A stretch of DNA of 42,608 nucleotides. Source: Armatimonadota bacterium (GTDB lineage: Bacteria; Armatimonadota; Zipacnadia; Zipacnadales; UBA5352). The DNA is taken from contig JAYENL010000036.1 of assembly GCA_034722055.1 (NCBI GenBank), positions 5,424-48,031 on the forward strand, written 5' to 3'. Below, in pieces: positions 17,583 through 26,217 of this stretch (position 1 is the first letter of the stretch; every line of letters begins with the position of its first letter). Both the position numbers and the translations under genes were made by a program. The notes beneath the pieces are model-generated. The model made no database searches and was not told the DNA's origin. It worked only from the letters and a program-made list of their open reading frames with translations.

Positions 17583-19036
17583 GTGCAGTTCACCCACACC
17601 GGGCTCGACCAGGCCATCCACCCGTCCGCCCGCGTGATGCGCGCGTAGTACCACTCCTCGGACGCCGAGGCGCCATCCTCCACGGTCCAGTCCACCAGCA
17701 TCTCGTGGCAGTCCAGCGTCCGCCAGTCCTCCCCGCCGCGGACGATGGTGGCCTCCACGATGGGCACCTCGCTGGCCGCCCACAGGCGAATCTCCCGCTC
17801 CTCGCGGCAGCACACGAAGCCACCCATGGGCTCGCCGCAGACGCTGAAGCGCATCGGGGTGCGCACGTTCGTGGTGGCGAAGCACCGGCGGCGCCAGAGG
17901 GCGTCGAAGACGGCCTCGCGCGTCAGTTCCGGCGCCCACACGCCCATGATGCCCTGGCGGCTGAGCAGTCCGTAGGCCTCCGGGAGCTGCTGGAGGTTGT
18001 GCAGCTCGTCGCCGGGCCGCCCGTCATGGATATCCCCGCCGCCCACGAAGCCCAAGCGGTAGCCCAGGCGCAGCGCGTCGATGACGTGCCTCCCCTCCTG
18101 CTCGCCCTTCAGGGTGCGGATGGGGAAGGGATTGCCGGCGGCTTCGGGGCGCTCCGACGTCCCCCACACGGAGTGGATCTCCACCAGGCGCTCGTGCTCG
18201 GGATCGTGGGCCGCCTCCCACTCCACGCCCATGGTCACGTTCGCCGTGTGGTGCGGGATCAGCAGCGCCCGGTGCTCCGCGGCGACCTCGTAGAGGCGCT
18301 GCAGGTCCTCCACGGTGCGCGCGCCGCGGCGCACAATGGGCCCGCCGTCGCCGCGATAGTAAAGGTTCCGGTGCCCCGGCCAGTGGTTCGTCCACTCGAA
18401 GCCCACCAGGGTGGCGAACTGCCCCGGCGCGTTGGCGTCATTGGTGACCGCCACGAAGTACTCCCACTGGCGATCGGTGAGATGCTCGGAGTGATCGGCG
18501 AGGGCGAAGATGTCCAGGAAGCCCTCGTGGCGCGCGAAGTGATACAGCTCCTCGGGGCAGCGCAGGCCGTCGGAGAAGAAGGTCTGTGAGTGCAGGTCGC
18601 CCCACCACAGGCGCTCGGCCGGCGGCTCGTCGCTGACCACGACGGGATTGCTGTGGCCCACCACGCCGCGGCGAGGCTCCATGACCCGGACGCTGTGCAC
18701 GCCCGGCCTGGCGAAGGAGAAGCCTCGGACCTCGCCGATGGCCCGCTCATCGCCCTCGAAGGTGCCCCGCAGCTCGGAGACGTCGATGCGCGATGGCCCG
18801 TCGGGGCCCTCGATCTCCAGGGCGCCGTCCCAGCGCGGTGCGGCGTTGTCCATGTAGTGGATGCCGCGCGGGGAGTGATTGTAGGGCGAGCGCAGCCGCG
18901 GCGGGAGGGCCACGAAGCAGGCCGCATCAACGTAGTGTGGCCGCGTGAGCGCCTTGATGCGCAGCGCGAACTGCTCACCGGCCGCGACCGTCGATGGCGC
19001 CACGACCCACAGTCCGGTCAGCTCGGCCTCGGCCAT
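17579..19036 (-). CDS. PHP-like metallohydrolase (CehA/McbA, DUF3604 family), 485 aa
   Basis: WGDLHSQTFFSDG, ADHSE, GFEWT, GHRN, IPHHT, EIHSVWG, GFVGGGDIHDGRPG, WSSPVWV; GGAGG SD before ATG 19036. Confidence 0.85.
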   Translation of the reverse strand: MAEAELTGLWVVAPSTVAAGEQFALRIKALTRPHYVDAACFVALPPRLRSPYNHSPRGIHYMDNAAPRWDGALEIEGPDGPSRIDVSELRGTFEGDERAIGEVRGFSFARPGVHSVRVMEPRRGVVGHSNPVVVSDEPPAERLWWGDLHSQTFFSDGLRCPEELYHFARHEGFLDIFALADHSEHLTDRQWEYFVAVTNDANAPGQFATLVGFEWTNHWPGHRNLYYRGDGGPIVRRGARTVEDLQRLYEVAAEHRALLIPHHTANVTMGVEWEAAHDPEHERLVEIHSVWGTSERPEAAGNPFPIRTLKGEQEGRHVIDALRLGYRLGFVGGGDIHDGRPGDELHNLQQLPEAYGLLSRQGIMGVWAPELTREAVFDALWRRRCFATTNVRTPMRFSVCGEPMGGFVCCREEREIRLWAASEVPIVEATIVRGGEDWRTLDCHEMLVDWTVEDGASASEEWYYARITRADGWMAWSSPVWVNCT

Positions 19037-19074
19037 CGGCGGCCTCCCTGTCGTGTAACACCGAAATGCTGCCG

Positions 19075-20118
19075 TCAGACGTTGCGAAGACGTTCGATAA
19101 GCTTGGGCAACTCCTCTTGCACCCCCCATGCTTCTGCAACTTGCACGTTGCTGCCCGGTGCGGCTTCCATGCGGGAGATCAGTTCGGCCGGCAGTGTCTG
19201 GTACCCCGCAATCACACGAAGCAGTTTCTCGGCGTGACGGAAGCTGTCCGCACGCTCAAACCGAGCTACAAGTGCTCGGGCCATTCTGCCGGTTGTTGTC
19301 TCGAATCGCTCGATCAGCGCCTCCATGGCTTCATCGGCGACCTGCTCAAGTGACATCGAATCCCCCAACAGAGCCTGATACTTTCCTATAAACCCATAGG
19401 GATCGAGGCCGCGTCGCACAGGGATCACTGGAATGCGCCGGCCAATGGCAACGCCCACTTCCTGGTCTGTCCATTCACTCTCATGGAACCCTGGAGTCAA
19501 CCACGCAAGTAGCGCGTCCATGCTGACAAGAGCGCGCAGTATCTCTGGTTCCCACTCCGCAGTCGGCACTATGTCCTCGTGTGCGACAAAGCAGGAGATG
19601 CCGACCTTCTCACACCAACGCTTTAGCTCATGAGCTTCGGTCTTGTGTGCCGCAACGTGACTGACGAATAGCCTGAGAGACTCCTGATCTCCCCACAGGT
19701 CGATGTCCGCCTCCCGCGCGGGCGGTGCGGCGAGCGCGCCCGATGTTGGCGCTTCCCGTATCTCCAACGCAACGGTCTCAACACGTTCCCCTCGCACACG
19801 AGCGATTGTGTTGAGTTGGCTGGTGAGCTCTTGCTCTACCTCTTCGAGGTCCTCTATCGGTATCCGAACGTAGATCGCGGCAGGTACGAGGAGACGCACA
19901 CAGTGCCCGTGTCCCGCAGGGCCGCCCGGGTAGTACTCGACGCTTTCCTCGACAATTGCTTCCGAAGCGGTCAATACATCGTGAAGGAGGGTTTCTCCCT
20001 TTCTGTCGGCATAAACGGCAAGTGTCGCAAGGAGCTTGGGGAGCTTCGCAGGAAGGTCGAATCTAGGCTCGTCTGCAAATGGATCTTCGTCTTCATCCAG
20101 GGTCCAATCGAAATCCAT
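19075..20118 (-). CDS. TIR-domain protein (TIR_2-like) with uncharacterised N-terminal domain
   Basis: RLFVSH, ISCFVAHEDI.P..EW..EI..AL, SEWTDQEVG (catalytic Glu position), PYGFIGKYQAL; visibly more A/T-rich than flanks. Confidence 0.85.
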   Translation of the reverse strand: MDFDWTLDEDEDPFADEPRFDLPAKLPKLLATLAVYADRKGETLLHDVLTASEAIVEESVEYYPGGPAGHGHCVRLLVPAAIYVRIPIEDLEEVEQELTSQLNTIARVRGERVETVALEIREAPTSGALAAPPAREADIDLWGDQESLRLFVSHVAAHKTEAHELKRWCEKVGISCFVAHEDIVPTAEWEPEILRALVSMDALLAWLTPGFHESEWTDQEVGVAIGRRIPVIPVRRGLDPYGFIGKYQALLGDSMSLEQVADEAMEALIERFETTTGRMARALVARFERADSFRHAEKLLRVIAGYQTLPAELISRMEAAPGSNVQVAEAWGVQEELPKLIERLRNV

Positions 20119-20162
20119 AATCTAAAAGCCCCCGTCCGCACTCAGTCTCCTATGAGCAGAGA

Positions 20163-20244
20163 GGCGCGGGATGCATCTCCCGCGCCCCGTGGCGTTGACT
20201 CTCATCGTCCCCAAACGGCGCACGGGCAACAGTGCCCGTGCCAC
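20163..20244. repeat. Two GC palindromes (REP-like) upstream of the TIR gene
   Basis: GGCGCGGGA-TGCATC-TCCCGCGCC (20163-20186) and GCACGGGCA-ACAG-TGCCCGTGC-CAC (20220-20244, reads GTGGCACGGGC... on minus). Confidence 0.55.
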
Positions 20245-20266
20245 GGAACGGATGTGTCCGCCCCAC

Positions 20267-21118
20267 TCACCGCAGGATGCCGTCCATGACCTCCACCACG
20301 TTGTCCGCGAAGCGCTCGATGTGCTCCCGCATCAGCTCGCGCGGATCGAGGTCGTCGTCCTCGATCAGCGGCGTGAGGTCCATGGCGAAGATCATCGAGT
20401 CGGTCTGCTCCACGTCGTGGGTCGCGAAGTATGTGGCGTTGGCACGCCGGCGGCCCATCGTCGCCAGGTCGTAGCGATTCCCGCCGATGTCCTGGGAGTC
20501 GAAGACGCCCAGGATGGCCGCCTCCAGGTTGGGGTGGCCTGCCACGTCGAAGGCGACCTTCTCCTCGTCGAGCATCCAGTCCAGGTCGCGCCAGACCTCG
20601 CAGCCCCACAGCGCCTCGGGCCGCTCATCGGGGTCGAGGCTGCGGATGGCCTCCAGCGTGCGGGAGACCGCGCCGATGTGCGTGGTGTGCTTGTCCGCGA
20701 AGTTGTGGGTGTAGACCCACTGCGGCCTCGCGGCTCTGAGCAGGTCCACCAGGTCGGCCAGCGGATCGGGGTTCTCGGGGTCGCGCAGCTCGCTGGAGGC
20801 GTAGTTGAGCAGCGCCTGGGCACCGTACTCCCCCACGTAGGCGGCCTTTTTCTGCTCCTGGCGGCGCACCTGCATCATCATCTCGTCGGTATAGTCGCCA
20901 TAGAGGCCGTCGCGCGGGCTGCCGGAGCCGTTGGTGCAGGTGCAGCCGAAGAACCACTTCTCATCCTGGCCGAAGCAGCTCAGGATACCGTCGTAGGCCA
21001 TGATCTCCAGGTCGTCCTGATGGGCGCCGACGCCCATGTGCGTGGTGCGGGCCAGCGCCTCATCGACGGGCGTGCCGTCGGGCACGTAGATCTCAGCGCC
21101 TTCTTTGCGTAGCTCCAT
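20267..21118 (-). CDS. PIG-L/LmbE family deacetylase
   Basis: GAHQDDLEI, TNGSG, RRQEQKKAA, YTHN..DKHTTH motifs. Confidence 0.85.
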   Translation of the reverse strand: MELRKEGAEIYVPDGTPVDEALARTTHMGVGAHQDDLEIMAYDGILSCFGQDEKWFFGCTCTNGSGSPRDGLYGDYTDEMMMQVRRQEQKKAAYVGEYGAQALLNYASSELRDPENPDPLADLVDLLRAARPQWVYTHNFADKHTTHIGAVSRTLEAIRSLDPDERPEALWGCEVWRDLDWMLDEEKVAFDVAGHPNLEAAILGVFDSQDIGGNRYDLATMGRRRANATYFATHDVEQTDSMIFAMDLTPLIEDDDLDPRELMREHIERFADNVVEVMDGILR

Positions 21119-21178
21119 GATTGATCCTCCGTGCTCTGCTCCGCCTTTGCGTCAGGCGTTTGCGTTGCTGGGCTCAGC

Positions 21179-22579
21179 TTAGTCCTCAAGCTCCGGGAGG
21201 CTGGCGGCCGCGATGGCCTGGCCGACGCGCCGCAGGCGCTCGCTGGGCAGCATCAGGTCGATCTTCGCCGCCAGCTCCGGGAACTCGCGGTCCAGGATGT
21301 CGTTCGCCGTCTGCAGCATGGTGGGCCCGCCGTTGCCCGAGGTGCAGCGACCCAGAATCAGCATGTTCTTGAAGTCGTAGAAGTCGGCGTAGTGGGCGAT
21401 GGTGTAGCCCAGATAGGTGCCCATGGTCTGGAAGATCTTGTCCGCCGGCTCCTCATCGTTGAGGTGCATCTCCTGCACGCGCTCGAGGAGGATGGGCAGT
21501 TCGGGATCGTCATCGAACTCGATGCCCGCCACAGGGGCCAGCCGGCCCACGGCCTCCTGCGAGAAGTACTGCGCCCCAACGCCGGTGTCCCCCGACCACT
21601 CGTCCTCCGGCGCGCCGGGCTGGTAGTCCACCGGCGCGAAGGCCAGCTCGTTGAGCCAGCCGGTGATGTTCCCGTCCATGGTGACGTAGCCGGCGGCCTC
21701 CGACGAGCCCATGGCCACGCCCAGCACGCCGTTCTCCTCCAGAGACATGGAGCCGGCCAGCGCCGTCACCTCGCCGTCATTGGCCACGACGATGGGCACG
21801 CCCATCTCCTCGCCGATATCGAGCATGATGTTCTTGATGTGAGCGTCGAAGTCCTCCTCCGGGATCCCGCGGAACAGCGAGGCCACCAGCACTCGGGAGT
21901 TGATCCACACCCCCGCCGCGCTCCCGCCGATGGCGTCCACCCGCGGCAGGTGCTCGGCCGCCCGCTCAACAGAGTGCTTGATGCCCTCGTAGTGATAGTG
22001 CCAGTCGCTGTGGTTCTTGGGGTCCCAGGGCACCTCCTCCTCAAACACGGACTCCCCGTCCACGACCGCCGAGGTCTTGCGGTCGGAGGCCCCGAGGTCG
22101 AAGCCCACCCGGCGACCCTCCAGGTGCCGGCCCATCGGCTCGGCGGTGTCCTGCTCCTCGGGAGTCTCCTCCAGCGGCACGCTCTCGACGGTGAATTCCC
22201 TCTCATAGACGCCGCTCATGAACTCCCAGTCGAAGGCCCGGGCGCCGTCGGGCGAGTAGGCCTGGGTGAGGTGGTCGGCGATCTGCTGATGCCCGCCGAC
22301 GATCACCTTCCAGCCGCCTCGCTGCCACAGGAGGAACTTCACCACGCGCTCGGCGTACATCAGATTCGCCTCGGCGTTGGGGGAGTCCGGGGAGTAGGCC
22401 CTGGTCTCGTAGACCGAGACGGACCCGTCTCCGCGCTCGAGTGCAAACGCCACGTCCACGCCCTCGCCGGATGCCTCCACCTGCTCCAAAAAGTTGTGGT
22501 TGGCCAGCACCGCCGGCCGGAAGCCGGGGTCGAGCGGTGGCTCGGTCCGGGGGACAATCAGTTCAAAGGCATCGCTCAT
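21179..22579 (-). CDS. ROK family protein (sugar kinase-like) with N-terminal extension, 466 aa
   Basis: GFDLGASDRK, AIGGSAAG, VANDGEVTALAG, LGVAMGSSEAAG, GWLNELAF; SD before ATG 22579. Confidence 0.85.
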   Translation of the reverse strand: MSDAFELIVPRTEPPLDPGFRPAVLANHNFLEQVEASGEGVDVAFALERGDGSVSVYETRAYSPDSPNAEANLMYAERVVKFLLWQRGGWKVIVGGHQQIADHLTQAYSPDGARAFDWEFMSGVYEREFTVESVPLEETPEEQDTAEPMGRHLEGRRVGFDLGASDRKTSAVVDGESVFEEEVPWDPKNHSDWHYHYEGIKHSVERAAEHLPRVDAIGGSAAGVWINSRVLVASLFRGIPEEDFDAHIKNIMLDIGEEMGVPIVVANDGEVTALAGSMSLEENGVLGVAMGSSEAAGYVTMDGNITGWLNELAFAPVDYQPGAPEDEWSGDTGVGAQYFSQEAVGRLAPVAGIEFDDDPELPILLERVQEMHLNDEEPADKIFQTMGTYLGYTIAHYADFYDFKNMLILGRCTSGNGGPTMLQTANDILDREFPELAAKIDLMLPSERLRRVGQAIAAASLPELED

Positions 22580-22715
22580 CGTGAACCCTCTCTCCATCGG
22601 TTATCAACGCGCGCACGGGCCGCCACCGGAGCGGGTGCGCGATGGGTACGCTCCCACCTCTGTTCTTCTCCGCTCGCCCGGCCGCTTCCTTCCTGGTGCG
22701 CGGGGCCGGGTACAT

Positions 22716-22864
22716 GACGCCGCCGCCCGCCAGCAGCGGGCGGCGTCGTCTCGCGAAACGGAGTGCAGGCGAGGGCGCCGGCACTACTTAGCGCGTGGGC
22801 CGGGGTGGAAGCTGAGCGCTGCGTTAGAGAACGCACCGCTCGCTTGGCACGCGGCGGCCCCTCC
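22716..22864. repeat. Intergenic hairpin and REP-like elements shared with 5681-5915
   Basis: 15-bp hairpin with one mismatch at 22716-22750. TGGGCCGGGGTGGAA (22796-22810) is the exact reverse complement of 5746-5760. GCGGCCCCTCC (22854-22864) is identical to 5905-5915. Confidence 0.6.
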
Positions 22865-22925
22865 ATAGCGGGTGCGAGCGTGCTGTCGTGACGCCGGAGG
22901 GTAGGCGAACTTCTGCGACTGAGCA

Positions 22926-23408
22926 CTAGCTGAACTGCCTGACGATGTGGTGGATGCCGGCCTTCAGCTCATCGGTGGTGATGCGCCCGCCGAGGAACTC
23001 GCTCTGCAGGAGCTTGTTCATCTCCCCGAACATCTCACGCCGCGACTTGCCCTCCGACAGCCAGATGTCGATGGTGTTGAACAGCGCCCTCATCCGCTTC
23101 CGGGGGATCGACGCGGTGTGGCGACGCACCATCTCCAGCACCTCATGAGGGTCCTCGCAGGTAACCGTCTTCCCCAGGTCTTCGCTGAGGTAGGTGAAGA
23201 CCTGCTCGTCCTCATCGTAGGTGATGTTGATCTGGGTGGTCGATCCGCCGGGAGTCTCGTACACGACGGCGGCGTTGGTGACCCCGTTGCCCGAGCCCTC
23301 CGACACCTCGCTCCGCAGGTTCCCGTATCGAATCCGCTTCTCGTCCGGATGCCGACACGAGGTGATCAGCTCGTCGAGTTCGCGCTCGAAGACCTCCAGC
23401 GGGTCCAT
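22926..23408 (-). CDS. Hypothetical protein, 160 aa
   Basis: Coding-like GC3 bias from ATG 23408 (MDPLEVFERELDEL...); AT-richer upstream region; no family recognised. Confidence 0.7.
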   Translation of the reverse strand: MDPLEVFERELDELITSCRHPDEKRIRYGNLRSEVSEGSGNGVTNAAVVYETPGGSTTQINITYDEDEQVFTYLSEDLGKTVTCEDPHEVLEMVRRHTASIPRKRMRALFNTIDIWLSEGKSRREMFGEMNKLLQSEFLGGRITTDELKAGIHHIVRQFS

Positions 23409-23607
23409 CCCGTCTCCGCCCACGACCCTTACCTCCGACAAGTCTATGTCTATCTGTGATTGTAACAGAACCGTCGTCCTCAGGCAAATGCCGAACGCCC
23501 ACCAAGGGCCTCGGCAGCACCCCGACGAGGCCTTATAGTATTCACCGTCTGCCCCGTCGTACCCTCGGAGCTTGTCACCAAAAATTAAGTTCCCGCGGTG
23601 CCGCCGG

Positions 23608-24603
23608 CTATCCGGGGGCCACAACCTCGCCGCTCCGGGCGCTGCGCAGCGCGGCGTCGATGATGGCCATCATGGCCCGCGTCTGCCACAACGGCACCGC
23701 CAGCTCCTCGCCCTCCGTCAGGTGGCCGTGGATGTTGCGGTAGTAGGCGTCCCAGTCGCGCTCAAACTGCTGGGCGGGGAACTCCCTCTGCTCGTCGCCC
23801 TCACCCACGGCGATGGTCCCGTCGCGGAAGGCGCCCTTCCGGCCCACGATCAGCGTCCCCCCGATGCCCAGCCGCGCCACGGTAGTCGTCTCCACCTGGG
23901 ATGTCACCCCGTTCGCGAAGCGGATGAGGACCAGGCAGTAGTCATCCACCTCGTCCGACCACACCCGCCCCTGCAGCTCGCAGTAGACGTCGCGCACCTC
24001 GGGGTAGTCCAGAAGCTGCAGGAGCTGGTCGATGCGATGGGGGCCGAAGTCATACAGCAGCCCGCCCCCGTAGCGCTTCTCCGCGCGCCACTGCGGCCGG
24101 AACTCCTCCACGCCGTAGGTGCGCATGATCGGCGAGTAGCTCATGGAGATCTGCTTAGTGAAGAAGAGCTCTCCCAGCACCCCGCTGCTGACCGTGTGCA
24201 TGGCACCAAGGTGGGTCTCATCCCACCGCCGGTTCTGGTAGGCCGACATCATCATTCCCGTACGCTGGGCCGCCGCCACGATCTCCTCGCACTCGGCCAG
24301 GTCCATGCACAGCGGCTTCTCGCACACGCAGTGCTTGCCGGCCTCCAGCGCCGCGATGACGTGGTCCCGGTGCATCGCCGAGGGCGTCGCGACCACCACC
24401 AGGTCCAGGTCCTGGCGGGCCAGCATCTCATCGTAGTCCTCGTGCGTCTGGATCCCGTACTCCTGCGCCGCCAGGGCCCGGCGCTGGTCTGAGGGGTCGC
24501 AGCCGCAGATCAGCTCCAGCCCCTCCACGCGATCAAGCTGCGCGCAGTGCCAGCCCACCCCCATGCTCCCCAAGCCGAGCACCCCGGCGGTGATCGTCTC
24601 CAT
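23608..24603 (-). CDS. Gfo/Idh/MocA family oxidoreductase
   Basis: GVLGLGSMG Rossmann motif, VVVATPSAMH, GKHCVCEKP, YQNRRWD, GGGLLYDFGPHRIDQ. Confidence 0.92.
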   Translation of the reverse strand: METITAGVLGLGSMGVGWHCAQLDRVEGLELICGCDPSDQRRALAAQEYGIQTHEDYDEMLARQDLDLVVVATPSAMHRDHVIAALEAGKHCVCEKPLCMDLAECEEIVAAAQRTGMMMSAYQNRRWDETHLGAMHTVSSGVLGELFFTKQISMSYSPIMRTYGVEEFRPQWRAEKRYGGGLLYDFGPHRIDQLLQLLDYPEVRDVYCELQGRVWSDEVDDYCLVLIRFANGVTSQVETTTVARLGIGGTLIVGRKGAFRDGTIAVGEGDEQREFPAQQFERDWDAYYRNIHGHLTEGEELAVPLWQTRAMMAIIDAALRSARSGEVVAPG

Positions 24604-24901
24604 CGCGGTCACCCTCCCACATCATCGCGGCGGATCATGGCAGCGCCGCTGGCGGTCCACTGTCTCAGACCAGCGCCCGTATTCCCCCGGCATCCCCCGG
24701 ACCCTTCCCGGATGGTCACCGGGCGGTCCCCCCTCCAGAGGCGCGATGGGCGGCCCCACGCCGGCGGCGGCCAGCGCCAATACGATGTTGGACGTCGGGC
24801 TGACATGCGGCCTCACGGCATCTCGCCTGCAGGGGTACACAACATCGCGCCCGGTGTGGGCCCCGGGCGCAGATGAATCGATCATCAGGGACAGACATAA
24901 C

Positions 24902-25186
24902 TCAGCGTGCGGTCTCGGTGAGATCCTGCCGGACACGGACTGACATGCGAATGGCAGTCCGCTCGTTGCCGTCAATCTCGATGTCCTTGAAGGAGGGCCA
25001 GCAGACCAGGTCCATCCCTGATGGCGCCAGGAACCCTCGTGAGATGGCGATCGCCTTCACGGCCTGGTTGAGGGCGCCGGCGCCGACGGTCTGGAGCTCG
25101 GCCCGCCGGTGTTCCCGGATGGTGCCCGCGAGGGCCCCCGCGACCTTGTTTGGGTCCGAGGTTGAGCTGACGCGCAGTATATCCAC
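24902..25186 (-). CDS. spoVS: Stage V sporulation protein S family (Alba-like)
   Basis: ILRVSSTSDPNKVAGALAG...VGAGALNQAVKAIAISRGFLAPSG.DL...PSF.DIEIDG.ERTAI; downstream of rny-ymdB as in Bacillus. Confidence 0.95.
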   Translation of the reverse strand: MDILRVSSTSDPNKVAGALAGTIREHRRAELQTVGAGALNQAVKAIAISRGFLAPSGMDLVCWPSFKDIEIDGNERTAIRMSVRVRQDLTETAR

Positions 25187-25287
25187 GAGCCGACTGCCCC
25201 CTTGCTTCTGTGCTGGTGCCAGGTAAGGCCTTGGGCGTTGTGAGATGCCTGGTATGAATCTTTGTTTGAGACAGCTCCATCGCGGCT

Positions 25288-25316
25288 ACTATATGGTACT
25301 CGGAACCGTTGTGCAA
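25288..25316 (-). promoter_or_regulatory. Putative sigmaA-type promoter for spoVS
   Basis: Minus strand TTGCAC (25316-25311), 17-nt spacer, TATAGT (25293-25288). Confidence 0.6.
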
Positions 25317-25350
25317 GGCAAGGGGGTCGGCAAATCGACGCCGCCCCGGC

Positions 25351-26145
25351 TCACTTCCGGACCATCTCCCGCCGGATCCGCCGGATCGTCCAGGTCCTGC
25401 CGGTGTCCGGATCCACCTCGGCGACCACTCCGCAGAGTATTGCCCGTCCCCTCCTCGGCGGCTTGAAGCGCACCGGCATCTGCATCCTGAAGCGCTTGAG
25501 GACCGGCTCCACCTCCACCCCGATGATCGAGTCCAGAGCCCCCGTCATCCCCACATCAGTGATGAAGGCCGTGCCGCTCGGGAGGATGCGCTCGTCGGCG
25601 GTCTGCACGTGGGTGTGGGTGCCGATGACGGCGCTGACGCGACCGTCAAGATGCCGGGCCAGGGCGCCCTTCTCGGACGTGGCCTCGGCGTGGAAGTCGA
25701 TCCAGACCACGGCGGTCTCCTCCCGCATCCACCCCAGGATCCGGTCCGCGCCCCGGAAGGGGCAGTCCAGCTCCCGCATGAAGACCCGTCCGCAGAGGTT
25801 GATGACGCCCACCTGCGCGTCCTCGTTGCGGGCGGGCAGCATGATGATCCCCGAGCCCGGAGTCCCGGGCGGGAAGTTCGCCGGCCGCAGCACGCGCCTG
25901 TCTTTGGTGACCAGCGTCTCGGCCTCACGTTGGGCCCAGACGTGGTTTCCCGTGGTGATGCAGTCGGCGCCGGCCGCGAAGACCTCATCGGCAGTGGACT
26001 GGGTGATACCCGCGCCGCCGGCGGCGTTCTCCCCGTTGACGATCACCGCCGCCGGATCGTGCTCCTCGATCAGCTCCGGCAGCAGCTCCGCGGTGGCCAC
26101 CCGCCCCAGCTTGCCCACCACGTCGCCGATGTGCACAATGACCAT
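25351..26145 (-). CDS. ymdB: YmdB/TIGR00282 metallophosphoesterase
   Basis: IGDVVG, VNGENAAGG, TTGNHVW, DFHAEATSEK, GTHTHVQTAD, TDVGMTG. Confidence 0.95.
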   Translation of the reverse strand: MVIVHIGDVVGKLGRVATAELLPELIEEHDPAAVIVNGENAAGGAGITQSTADEVFAAGADCITTGNHVWAQREAETLVTKDRRVLRPANFPPGTPGSGIIMLPARNEDAQVGVINLCGRVFMRELDCPFRGADRILGWMREETAVVWIDFHAEATSEKGALARHLDGRVSAVIGTHTHVQTADERILPSGTAFITDVGMTGALDSIIGVEVEPVLKRFRMQMPVRFKPPRRGRAILCGVVAEVDPDTGRTWTIRRIRREMVRK

Positions 26146-26217
26146 CAGCAGACCAGGCTCTCTTCACTGCAAGGGCCCCGGAGCTCCCGGATGCCGCCCC
26201 GGGGCGCATTGTCTCGC

